A DNA stretch of 64,000 nucleotides, taken from assembly GCA_963841915.1 (NCBI GenBank), contig CAWJEN010000005.1:640001-704000 (forward strand). Reading direction: 5' to 3'. The stretch comes from an uncultured Planctomycetota bacterium (lineage in GTDB: Bacteria > Planctomycetota > Phycisphaerae > Tepidisphaerales > Tepidisphaeraceae). Of the stretch, positions 11,201 to 21,464 are shown one piece after another. The translations under genes and the position numbers were made by a program. The notes below the pieces were generated by a model. That model ran no database searches, was not told the origin of the DNA, and worked only from the letters and a program-made list of their open reading frames with translations. How positions within the stretch are numbered: the first letter of the stretch is position 1; each line of letters starts with the position of its first letter.

Positions 11201-11464
11201 CAGGATCGCAGCGGCAGCACGCTCGGCGAGCTACGCACGCGTCGCACGGAGGTGGTCGACCGCACGAGAAAGTTCGAAGCCGCCGAGGGCGCAACGGGCG
11301 ACGTCTCGTCCTTGGGCGCCACCAGTGCCACCGCGGTCGCCGAGAGCAAGGCCAAGCCGACCGCCCGCCCGAACGAATCGGCCGCCCCCGAATCCTCCGG
11401 CGGCATCGGCTCCCTGATGGAAGCCAAACGCCGCGCCCGCGAACGGATGGAGTCGGACGAGTAG
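8299..11464 (+). CDS. Membrane-anchored vWA + glutamine-amidotransferase-like (DUF1355-type) protein (frameshift near 9514-9516)
   Basis: MIDAS-like DTSDS, vWA signatures (ILLVWDG, IIISDMD), YDAIILANVP...GGLIMIGGPDAFGAGGW, C-terminal TM; two ORFs join if one C is removed. Confidence 0.8.
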
Positions 11465-11470
11465 AGAGGT

Positions 11471-11513
11471 CCGGAGGAACGCGAAGGGGCACAAGAAGCG
11501 AAGGTCCGCGAAG
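11471..11513 (+). repeat. Left arm of imperfect inverted repeat flanking the GxxExxY gene
   Basis: ccggaggaacgcgaaggggcacaagaagcgaaggtccgcgaag; the first 20 nt are the exact reverse complement of 12019-12038. Confidence 0.9.
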
Positions 11514-11527
11514 TTCAGAAAGACAGG

Positions 11528-11977
11528 ATGCAGAGCTACTGGGACCAACTACGACTGCTCAAGACCGGTGACGGCGGCTGCGGTGACCAGCGGGCAGAAG
11601 AGCTTGCATATGCCACGATCGGGGCGGCAATCGAAGTCCATCGCACCCTCGGGCCCGGTCTGCCAGAGATCGTGTACGAAAAGTCACTTAGTCATGAGCT
11701 GACGCTGCGCCGGATTGTTCACAGTCGCCAGGCATCGGTCCCCGTACGTTACAAAGACATCAGCGTCGGCGAAGGCTTTATCGACCTTCTCATCGAGGAC
11801 CGGCTCATCGTTGAGCTGAAAGCTGTCGAGTCACTGAATCCTGTACACCACGCTCAAGTGAGGGCCTATTTGTGTGCCTCTGACCGACGTCTCGGCCTCT
11901 TGATCAACTTCAACACTGACATCCTCCGCGACTCCATCAAGCGAGTGGTCCACACGCCAAGGGCATCAACCGACTAA
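11528..11977 (+). CDS. GxxExxY protein (PD-(D/E)XK nuclease-like family)
   Basis: IGAAIEVHRTLGPGLPEIVY (GxxExxY), IDLLIEDRLIVELKAV, GLLINFN. Confidence 0.93.
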   Translation: MQSYWDQLRLLKTGDGGCGDQRAEELAYATIGAAIEVHRTLGPGLPEIVYEKSLSHELTLRRIVHSRQASVPVRYKDISVGEGFIDLLIEDRLIVELKAVESLNPVHHAQVRAYLCASDRRLGLLINFNTDILRDSIKRVVHTPRASTD

Positions 11978-11996
11978 ACCACTCTGCTGCTCAGGC

Positions 11997-12038
11997 CTTC
12001 GCGGCCCTTCGCATCTTCGCCCCTTCGCGTTCCTCCGG
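11997..12038 (-). repeat. Right arm of imperfect inverted repeat flanking the GxxExxY gene
   Basis: Reverse complement ccggaggaacgcgaaggggcgaagatgcgaagggccgcgaag; 39/43 identity to the left arm by manual alignment. Confidence 0.9.
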
Positions 12039-12053
12039 CCGAACCACAATCAA

Positions 12054-13070
12054 ATGTCTGACCCGCTGACCCCCGAACAAGTTCAAGAACGCGCCGACGC
12101 GTTTCGTCGTGATTACAAGGCGGTTCATGCCGAGATCGGCAAGGCCATCGTCGGGCATACCGAAACCGTCGACGGCGTCCTGACGTGTCTCTTCACAGGC
12201 GGCCACGCGCTGCTCGAAGGTGTTCCCGGCCTCGGTAAAACGGCACTCATCCGGGCGCTATCCGAAGCGCTGCACCTGCACTTCTCACGCATCCAGTTCA
12301 CGCCCGACCTCATGCCGGCAGACGTCATCGGCACGAGCATCATCGAAGAAGACGAGCACGGCCGCCGGGGCTTCAAGTTCCAGGAAGGGCCCATCTTCGC
12401 CCAGATCGTCCTGGCCGACGAGATCAACCGTGCCACGCCAAAGACACAGTCGGCCATGCTCGAGGCCATGCAGGAGAAGCAGGTGACCGCAGGCGGCGTC
12501 GTCCGCAAGCTCGCTCGGCCGTTCTTTGTCATGGCCACGCAGAACCCGCTCGAGCAGGAGGGCACCTACCCGCTGCCCGAGGCGCAGCTCGACCGGTTCT
12601 TCTTCAAGCTCGTCGTGCCGTACAGCAGCCGCAAGGAGCTGGCCGAGATTCTTAATCGCACAACGGCCGGTGTGACGCCCGTGGTCAACGCAGTGCTCGA
12701 TGCCGAGTCGATCCAGAAACACCAGGACCTTGTCCGCCAGGTCGTCATTGCGCCGCACGTGCAGGACTACGCGATTCGTCTCGTGCTGGCCACGCACCCG
12801 CAAGGGGAATTTGCGGTGGGTGCAACGAACAGCTTCCTGCGTGTCGGTGGCAGCCCGCGTGCGGCCCAGGCCATTTCGCTCGCCGCCAAGGTGCGGGCCT
12901 TGCTCGACGGCCGCTTCCACTGTTCGTTCGATGACGTCAAAAAGGTCGCGATGCCCGCGCTCCGCCACCGCGTCGTGCTCAACTTCGAGGCCGAAGCCGA
13001 AGGCACGACCGCCGACAGCGTGATTCAGTCGATCCTCGATGAAACCCCGACCGACGTCGGCGGCGTGTGA
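12054..13070 (+). CDS. MoxR-family AAA+ ATPase
   Basis: LLEGVPGLGKT, RIQFTPDLMPAD, LADEINRATPKTQSA, ATQNPLEQEGTYPLPEAQLDRF. Confidence 0.95.
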   Translation: MSDPLTPEQVQERADAFRRDYKAVHAEIGKAIVGHTETVDGVLTCLFTGGHALLEGVPGLGKTALIRALSEALHLHFSRIQFTPDLMPADVIGTSIIEEDEHGRRGFKFQEGPIFAQIVLADEINRATPKTQSAMLEAMQEKQVTAGGVVRKLARPFFVMATQNPLEQEGTYPLPEAQLDRFFFKLVVPYSSRKELAEILNRTTAGVTPVVNAVLDAESIQKHQDLVRQVVIAPHVQDYAIRLVLATHPQGEFAVGATNSFLRVGGSPRAAQAISLAAKVRALLDGRFHCSFDDVKKVAMPALRHRVVLNFEAEAEGTTADSVIQSILDETPTDVGGV

Positions 13071-13081
13071 GGATGAACGTT

Positions 13082-14482
13082 TTAAGCCTTGCCGCCCTCG
13101 GTCGGTAACCCTTGAGCCTTCCACGCACTCCAGCTGCCCGGCACGTTGGCGACATCGGCAAACCCGCCGCGTTTGAGCAGGCTGGCGGCGATACCGGCGC
13201 GGTAGCCGCTTCCGCAGTAGCAGGCGGTGGGTCGATTCTTGTCAAGGCACGGCAGGTCGCCGTCGCGCAGGTCGCCGACATAAAAGTGCGTCGCACCAGG
13301 AATGTGGCCGCTATTCCACTCGCGGTCGCTGCGTACGTCGAGCACCTGCACGTCTGCTCGTCGGTCACTTAATTCTGTCACTGACAGTTCCGTCAGCGTC
13401 GCAAGCGGCAGACCGCGCAGGTTCCACGCCGTCATGCCACCGGCGAGGTAACCAGCGAACTGCTTGAACCCGACCCGCCACAGCAGCGTTGCCAGGTGGT
13501 CGACGCGTCGCTCGTCGTAAGCAACCAGCAGAATCGGCTTGTCCGGGTCGAGCAGGTCGCCGGCCCAAACGCTCAGCTCGTCGCGATCGCCGATGTTGAT
13601 CGCACCGGGAATGTGTCCGCCACCGAAGGCGAGCATGTCCCGCGTGTCGAGCAATTGCGCCTCACCGGCCTCCACCTGTTCGGCAAACGCTCGAGCTGAC
13701 AATGCCGGACAAGGCGGCACGTGCGCGGCGTCGTGCGGCTGCAGGTTGACCTTCTTGAGCCGCGGATAGTGGGCCGGCACGGGCGGGGCACCTTGCTTGA
13801 CGAACGCGAGAAACTCGCCTTCGTCATCGATCTTCATCGCCCGGTTGTGCCGCTTTTCCCAGGCAATGGTGCTGACAGGTCGGTCGCTGATGTCGGCCCC
13901 GCACGCGCTGCCCGCACCGTGACCGGGGAAGACCAGCATGCCGTCGTCAAGGCCTTTGAAGTAGTCGCGCATCGTCTTGAACAGCTGCCTGGCCAAGTCG
14001 TCCGTCTCCTCTGCCCCGAGCAGATCAGGTCGGCCGACGCTGCCGACAAAGAGCGAGTCTCCAGTAAAAATGCCCCACGGCTGATCAATCTTGACGCTCA
14101 CCGCCACCTCGTACGCGAGGTGCTCGGGCGTATGGCCCGGCGTGTGCCGGGCGATCAAGGTGGTGTCGCCGAACGTCAGTCGGTCGCCGTCGCAAAGGCG
14201 ATGAACGTCGTAGCCGTACTTCGGGTCGGTTTCGCCGCTTGCTGCGATCGAGAGTTTTCCGCCGAGCAGCGAGCGGAGCGCCCGGCTGCCACTCATGAAG
14301 TCGGCGTGGACGTGCGTCTCCAGCGCGTGCGTGATGGCGACCCAGTGACGCCTGGCCAGCTCGACGTAGACCGCCGCGTCGGCCCGCGGATCGATGACGG
14401 CCGCCGTGCCCGAACCTGTGTCGCCGATCAGGTACGAAAGCTGTGCAATTCCAGGCGTCTGGATCGTTTCGAGCACCATCAT
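13082..14482 (-). CDS. MBL-fold metallo-hydrolase with two rhodanese domains (persulfide dioxygenase-sulfurtransferase-like)
   Basis: ETHVHADFMSG, TPGHTPEH, FTGDSLF, PGHGAGSACG, GHIPGA x2, CGSGYRA. Confidence 0.9.
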   Translation of the reverse strand: MMVLETIQTPGIAQLSYLIGDTGSGTAAVIDPRADAAVYVELARRHWVAITHALETHVHADFMSGSRALRSLLGGKLSIAASGETDPKYGYDVHRLCDGDRLTFGDTTLIARHTPGHTPEHLAYEVAVSVKIDQPWGIFTGDSLFVGSVGRPDLLGAEETDDLARQLFKTMRDYFKGLDDGMLVFPGHGAGSACGADISDRPVSTIAWEKRHNRAMKIDDEGEFLAFVKQGAPPVPAHYPRLKKVNLQPHDAAHVPPCPALSARAFAEQVEAGEAQLLDTRDMLAFGGGHIPGAINIGDRDELSVWAGDLLDPDKPILLVAYDERRVDHLATLLWRVGFKQFAGYLAGGMTAWNLRGLPLATLTELSVTELSDRRADVQVLDVRSDREWNSGHIPGATHFYVGDLRDGDLPCLDKNRPTACYCGSGYRAGIAASLLKRGGFADVANVPGSWSAWKAQGLPTEGGKA

Positions 14483-14504
14483 GGTGCCCGACGGTAGCGC
14501 CCGC

Positions 14505-15470
14505 TTACTCGTCCTCGAGACCACGACCTGTCAGGCTCAAAAAGACGTCACGCAACGTCGGCCGCGACACGCTGGCCTCTCGCAACGCCACCGGCAACTC
14601 GCGACGCCGACCCAGCAGGTCGGCCACGAGTTCGTGCCCGTCCTCTCGCTCGATACGCACACGACCGGCCAGAAGCTGTGCGCCGTGGCCGACGTAATCA
14701 GCCAGTGCCTGGGCGTCGTCGGAGGCTTCGGGCACGAGCGTCACGACGTCGCCACCGATGCGGTTACGCAGCGAGTCGGGCGTGTCGTCGGCAACGACCT
14801 TGCCTCGATCGAGCAGGACAAGCCGGTCGCAGCCTGCGCCGTCGGCGTCGAGATCGTCGAGCAGGTGCGTGCTGACGACGAGCGTGATCGGCCGTCCGTC
14901 GTCGGCGGCTTCGCGGCGCAGGTTGGCCACGAGCGACCAAACGTCCCGCCTCGCCGCCGGGTCGAGGCCGACGGTCGGTTCGTCCATGAGCAGCACACGC
15001 GGCCGGGCCATAAGGGCGCGGGCAATCTCGACGCGACGCCGCATACCGCCGCTGAGTCGTTTGGCGATGGTGGTTGCGTCACGGGCAAGGCCGACCCGTT
15101 CGAGTAAGGACGCTGCGCGAAGCACGGCATCGCGCTTGCTCAGCCCGAGCAGGCGGCCGTGGTAAGTGAGGTTTTCAGCAGCGGTGAGCTCGCGATCGAG
15201 CGCGGGGCTTTGGAAGACGATGCCGACCAGTTCCCTCGCCGCGGCACGGTCTTGAGTGACGTCGCAGCCGCACAGTGTTGCGGTGCCTTGGTTCGGATCG
15301 AGCAGGGTGGCCAAGACGCGGAAGAGCGTGGTCTTTCCGCTGCCGTTGGGTCCGAGCAGGGCGAGCGTGCTCCCGACGGTTGCGTCGAAGCTGACACTGT
15401 CCACCGCCGCCCGGTCGGCAGCGGGATAGCGGCACACAAGATCCCGAACTTCGACGGCCAGATCGTTCAA
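14505..15470 (-). CDS. ABC-2-type transporter ATP-binding protein
   Basis: GPNGSGKT, LSGGMRRR, LLMDEPT, STH; TTG start overlapping the upstream stop. Confidence 0.9.
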   Translation of the reverse strand: MNDLAVEVRDLVCRYPAADRAAVDSVSFDATVGSTLALLGPNGSGKTTLFRVLATLLDPNQGTATLCGCDVTQDRAAARELVGIVFQSPALDRELTAAENLTYHGRLLGLSKRDAVLRAASLLERVGLARDATTIAKRLSGGMRRRVEIARALMARPRVLLMDEPTVGLDPAARRDVWSLVANLRREAADDGRPITLVVSTHLLDDLDADGAGCDRLVLLDRGKVVADDTPDSLRNRIGGDVVTLVPEASDDAQALADYVGHGAQLLAGRVRIEREDGHELVADLLGRRRELPVALREASVSRPTLRDVFLSLTGRGLEDE

Positions 15471-16306
15471 GACGCCAGCGTAGCGCTGCGGCGACGACGT
15501 AGAGCCAGAAGCGACAGCGACGCACCACCACCGGCGGCAAGTGGCTCGGGGATCACGGTCGGGGCGAGCGAGATGTTGAAGTTGTCGAAGCCGATGCGGC
15601 CGAAACCACTCGTGTCACTGTCGTGAGTCAGCTGAATAATCAAAGCCTCACCCGACGCGATGGTGACTCCTGTGAGTTGGGCTGTCTTCGTGATGGACTG
15701 CAAGTCCGAACTGGTCGACAGATCCGCCCCGTTGACGGAGAGACCCGCGACGGCGGCGTAGCTGAAGGTGCTTCCGCTGATGGCTGAGTCTGTCGCTTCC
15801 GACGCACCGGCAGAGACACCAGCGTTAATCGTCCCGACAATGGGGTCGCTGTCCGACTGGTACAAGAAATCATAGCTAAATACCGGGTCAACAACAGGCA
15901 CACTGCTGTCGTTGAAAGCGCGAACGTAGAAGCTTCCAGGAGTGAAATCGTTCCGTCCCGGTCGGATGACGACTGCCTTGTTTCCGCCAGACCGCGTAAA
16001 AAAGTACATGCCGCTGAAGCGAACTGATGACAAATCAGACGCGGCCGGGCGGAGCCAGGGATTACTGACCGCATCATTGGTCGTAACGTTGAACTGCGCC
16101 TCAGAGGATCCGAACCCGTCCGTAGCGAATGAGCGAGCATCGAGAAAGTCTCCCCGACCAGATGCATGGAACCCGGTGCGGTCCAGATAATTGAGGTCGG
16201 TCCCCGCCGACGGGACCCCATCCGTGATCGCGATACGAGCCGCCGAGGCCCCTACAGCGAGGAGCAAGACGTTCAACACGGCAGCACAACTAATTCTTAG
16301 ATGCAT
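15467..16306 (-). CDS. PEP-CTERM sorting-domain surface protein
   Basis: Signal peptide; C-terminal IPEP + hydrophobic stretch + RRRR. Confidence 0.8.
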   Translation of the reverse strand: MHLRISCAAVLNVLLLAVGASAARIAITDGVPSAGTDLNYLDRTGFHASGRGDFLDARSFATDGFGSSEAQFNVTTNDAVSNPWLRPAASDLSSVRFSGMYFFTRSGGNKAVVIRPGRNDFTPGSFYVRAFNDSSVPVVDPVFSYDFLYQSDSDPIVGTINAGVSAGASEATDSAISGSTFSYAAVAGLSVNGADLSTSSDLQSITKTAQLTGVTIASGEALIIQLTHDSDTSGFGRIGFDNFNISLAPTVIPEPLAAGGGASLSLLALRRRRSATLAS

Positions 16307-16329
16307 CTACTTCTCTCTGAAAAGCCGAG

Positions 16330-16357
16330 AAAGTACAGAATCTTTTCCCCAAGTCAA
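16330..16357 (-). promoter_or_regulatory. Candidate sigma70-type promoter of the PEP-CTERM gene
   Basis: TTGACT-N16-TACTTT on the minus strand, just upstream of ATG 16306. Confidence 0.4.
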
Positions 16358-16378
16358 AAACAGACGCCTCACGTCACC

Positions 16379-17242
16379 TCACTTGGCCACGTTGGCCACG
16401 ATGCGCCATAGCTGGTGCGGGGCGAGCGGTGCATCACCGGCGGCGACGCGGGACTCGTTGAAGCGGTCGCGCAACTGCTCGAAGTCATCGCTATAAGGCA
16501 ATCGGTCGCGGCGGCCGATGCGGCCGTTGAAGTGTTGCTCGATCAACGCTCGAACCAGCGCCGTCGCCCGCTCATCGGCCGGGGCGGCGGCTTTGGCGGC
16601 ACCGAGCTTCGGCAACTCGCCGCGCTTGCGGACCAGTAACAAGTGTCGCCACGATTCACCACGATCCGGCCCCGGCTCAGGAAACTCTGCTGCATACCCT
16701 GCGTGGATCTGCTCGAACTGCGGCGTGTACGGCAAATCGTCGGCCGTCCGGCCCGCTTTCTCATACAGCTTCGCCAGAACGTCCCGCTTAGGCGACAGCT
16801 TGGCCACAATTCCGGGAAACAATGCGTGCGGCGTCGCCGCCGTCTCGACCGCAGGCTTGGCCTCATCGGCGGGCGTCTCGAGCGTCCGGTCGATCAGCAG
16901 AAGCACCGTGCCGAACGGGTCACGCACCGTCGCCTTGAAGCCGCGACCAACGCGCGTGGGCGTTCCGCGAAAATCAAGTCGCAACGCGTCTCGCCGCCGA
17001 TGCAGATCTCGCACGTCGTCGACGAGCAGAAACACTGCTTCTTCGGGCAGATCATCATCACTGTGCAGCAGCACCTCGCGTCCATCACCTAACGCCAGCG
17101 TCGCAAACGTACCGCCGTCGCGTCGCACGCAGAGCCCGAGCGTGTCGCGGTAGTACCGCACCGCCGCCGGCACGTTGCGCACCCGCAGGACCAGGCGGTC
17201 AACACCTTTAAGAATGGGCTGAGGTGGGGTGACATCGTCCAC
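16379..17242 (-). CDS. VOC (glyoxalase-like) domain fused to a duplicated unknown helical domain
   Basis: N-term VDRLVLRVRNVPAAVRYYRDTLGL...RDPFGT; C-term with two D-x-LPY-xxx-FEQ...WR units. Confidence 0.7.
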   Translation of the reverse strand: MDDVTPPQPILKGVDRLVLRVRNVPAAVRYYRDTLGLCVRRDGGTFATLALGDGREVLLHSDDDLPEEAVFLLVDDVRDLHRRRDALRLDFRGTPTRVGRGFKATVRDPFGTVLLLIDRTLETPADEAKPAVETAATPHALFPGIVAKLSPKRDVLAKLYEKAGRTADDLPYTPQFEQIHAGYAAEFPEPGPDRGESWRHLLLVRKRGELPKLGAAKAAAPADERATALVRALIEQHFNGRIGRRDRLPYSDDFEQLRDRFNESRVAAGDAPLAPHQLWRIVANVAK

Positions 17243-17310
17243 GCGACGGCATCGTACCGTTGTTGGAGTCGAACGGGATATTCCGCAAGACTCACGCCGC
17301 CGATGCAGTA

Positions 17311-18858
17311 TCAGGCGACCCTTGCGACGGCCGCAGGTTCATCCTCGCCTGGCATCGTGCCTTTGCCCCCGTCTGTACCGCTGTATCCGCCCTTGAGGAC
17401 GAAGATCCCGCCCGTCAGGTTCCACAAGATCTGGACCACGCGGATGCACAACGCCAGTGCGAACGCCTGGGCCACCGTCGCACCTTGCGGCCGCGTGAGC
17501 AGGACCGCGAAGAACTCCATCACGCCCGCACCCTGCGGACTGATCGGCATCGACGCGCTCAGCACGATCACCGGCACGCATACGAAGTAGTAAGGCCACG
17601 GGATCGGCAACCCAAGGGCGTGACCGGCGAGCAACGCCGACACGATGACAGCCGCGTGAACGGGCACCGTCAGCAGCGCCGCCTCGACGATGCGTCGCGG
17701 GCTGTTGCGGTAGGCCTCTGCCACCTCATACAGGCTGTCGAGGCCGCCGCGGGCTTTGACGCGGACGCGTGCCTTGAGGTCGGTCGGCTCTTCGTCGAAG
17801 TCGTGCGGGGCGGCCTTGTCGATGAGCTTGCCCAGGCCGGTGCGCGAGCGGATGACGCGGCGGGCCGGTGCACTGGTCAGCACGAATCCCGCCGATGCCG
17901 ATGCGAGCAGAATGGCAACGGCCGCCCAGGCAACCTGCAGGCAGGCGACGGCAACGGGTGTGTACTGGTTGGGCTCGAGCGTGTACTGGATGAGCGCTGC
18001 CGTTCCGCCCATGGCGACGAGGACGAGCAGTCCCATGAGGCGGTCGACAAAGACGCTCATCCACGCCGCCGCCTTGCGGCCGGGCGCGGCGTGCCGGCCG
18101 GCATAGAAGGCTTTGACAAAGTCACCGCCCGTGCTGCCGAGCATGAATGTGTTGTAGAACAAGCCCACCATGTTCAGCCGATACGCCTGGCCGAGCGTCA
18201 TCTCAATGCCCAGCGGCGTCATGAGTCGCCACCAGCGCAACCCGGTCGCGATGAGGGTGATGGGAAACACCAGCACCGCCGCCACGAGCAGCCAGGGCCG
18301 CGCATCGCGGACCATGCCGCCGAGTCCGGCACGGACGATGGGTTGAGGCGGCTTGGGCTCGTAGACCCGCTGCCCCGGCTCGTAAGACGCGACGTGCCCA
18401 CCGTCGCCGCGTTCGGGCGTGTAGTACCAAAGCCGGGTCGCGACCGTCCTGCCGCCGTCGAGTTCTTCGAGGGTCATGCCCGCCAGCTCGACCTCGCCGC
18501 GCTCGAGCTGCTCCGTCTGCTTGTCCGGCCCGTTGAGCAACCGGTCGGCCGACACCGTGATCGGTAGCCCGGTCTCGGGATCCTCGTACACCGCCGACGC
18601 GTCACCTTCGTCAAACTCTTCTGCCAACGCGACGTCGATCACCATCGGCAACCCCGCCTCGTCGTCGACCAGCACGAACACGCGGTCGCGAATCGTCAGC
18701 CCGCTGACCACCCACGCCACACCGACGATGGCAATGCCCCAGCGCAACGCAAAGCCGAGCCAGCCACTCTTGCGGGCGGGCATGTCGTCGAGGTCGTCTG
18801 CCACGAGGATCGGTTCGTCGCCGATGTCGCCGGATGGATCGTGATCGGTGGACGTCAT
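17311..18858 (-). CDS. Lysylphosphatidylglycerol synthase TM / UPF0104 flippase-like protein
   Basis: LRWWRL, GLFYNTFMLGSTGGDFVKA, SVFVDR, PISPQGAGVME. Confidence 0.85.
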   Translation of the reverse strand: MTSTDHDPSGDIGDEPILVADDLDDMPARKSGWLGFALRWGIAIVGVAWVVSGLTIRDRVFVLVDDEAGLPMVIDVALAEEFDEGDASAVYEDPETGLPITVSADRLLNGPDKQTEQLERGEVELAGMTLEELDGGRTVATRLWYYTPERGDGGHVASYEPGQRVYEPKPPQPIVRAGLGGMVRDARPWLLVAAVLVFPITLIATGLRWWRLMTPLGIEMTLGQAYRLNMVGLFYNTFMLGSTGGDFVKAFYAGRHAAPGRKAAAWMSVFVDRLMGLLVLVAMGGTAALIQYTLEPNQYTPVAVACLQVAWAAVAILLASASAGFVLTSAPARRVIRSRTGLGKLIDKAAPHDFDEEPTDLKARVRVKARGGLDSLYEVAEAYRNSPRRIVEAALLTVPVHAAVIVSALLAGHALGLPIPWPYYFVCVPVIVLSASMPISPQGAGVMEFFAVLLTRPQGATVAQAFALALCIRVVQILWNLTGGIFVLKGGYSGTDGGKGTMPGEDEPAAVARVA

Positions 18859-19107
18859 GGGGCGGGTCGTCGACTCTACTTCGGCGGCTGCACCCTGTCA
18901 CGGGCAACGGCGCTCGCGTTATCGACCGCAGACGGACAATCAGCGTCCCCCTGGAGCCACTGCATCAGCACAAGCCACATCATCCAGTGTTGTGACACAT
19001 TCGCCCGTTGTGGCTGTAGCATGCACCTCAGTACCGTACCGGCCCGTTGCCTCCAAAGCCTTCCCGCCGCCTGTGCTAGCCCAGACGGCCGAGCAGAAAC
19101 AGCCGCC

Positions 19108-20636
<1,529 letters not shown>

Positions 20637-20711
20637 TCGCTACTGCGTCCGCTACACGTTCACAAGCCCCGCCCGAGTTGCATTCGTCGTCATGATGCTG
20701 AAGCTACAGGC

Positions 20712-21464
20712 GTGCGTAACGATCTTGCTGGTAAGGGCGTGTTCATCACCGGCTCCAGCAGCGGGATCGGCCTGGCCGTCGCGGAACTGTGCCTGGAGCG
20801 TGGCGCTTTCGTCGGCGGACTCGCACTGGAACCCACGCCGATCGCGCACGAACGGTTCGTCGGGTTCGAAGGCAGCGTTGCCGACGAGGCCAGCGTGCAG
20901 CAGGCTGTCGATGCAACGGCTCGCGCAGCCGAACGGCTCGACGGCGTTGTGTGCAACGCAGGCATCATGACGCCCGGCTCTATAGAAGACGTCACCGCCG
21001 TTGACCTGCGTCGGCACCTCGATGTCAACATCGCCGGCGTCGCCTGGGCGGCCAAGCACGCATTCGCCCACCTGCGACGTTCCGGTGGCGGATCGATCGT
21101 CAACTGCGCGTCAATCATGGCCTACACCGCTGCACCCAAAACCGTCGCCTACACGACCAGCAAAGCAGCCGTGCTCGGCCTGACGCGGGCGACGGCGCTC
21201 GACGGTGCGCCGCACGGCATCCGCTGCAACGCCGTCTGCCCCGGCACGATCGACACGCCGATGTACCGCCGTCACGTCGACCAGCAAGCCGATCCTGCGG
21301 CAGAACATGACCGCTTCAGCGCGTTGTTCCCGCTCGGCCGCGTGGGCAAAGCTCGCGACGTGGCAGGCGTGGTCGTCTTCTTACTCGGTGACGACTCGGC
21401 TTACATGACCGGCTCAGAACTCGTCGTCGACGGCGGCTTCATGATCAAAGGAACCAACGAATGA
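20712..21464 (+). CDS. SDR family oxidoreductase
   Basis: TGSSSGIG, CNAGI, YTTSK, NAVCPGTIDT, VDGG. Confidence 0.92.
   Translation: MRNDLAGKGVFITGSSSGIGLAVAELCLERGAFVGGLALEPTPIAHERFVGFEGSVADEASVQQAVDATARAAERLDGVVCNAGIMTPGSIEDVTAVDLRRHLDVNIAGVAWAAKHAFAHLRRSGGGSIVNCASIMAYTAAPKTVAYTTSKAAVLGLTRATALDGAPHGIRCNAVCPGTIDTPMYRRHVDQQADPAAEHDRFSALFPLGRVGKARDVAGVVVFLLGDDSAYMTGSELVVDGGFMIKGTNE

Noticed and set aside
8299..11464. Two separate overlapping genes or a programmed frameshift in the vWA gene
   Set aside because: The break falls mid-domain at a CCC run with no slippery site or stimulatory structure; most simply a sequencing indel
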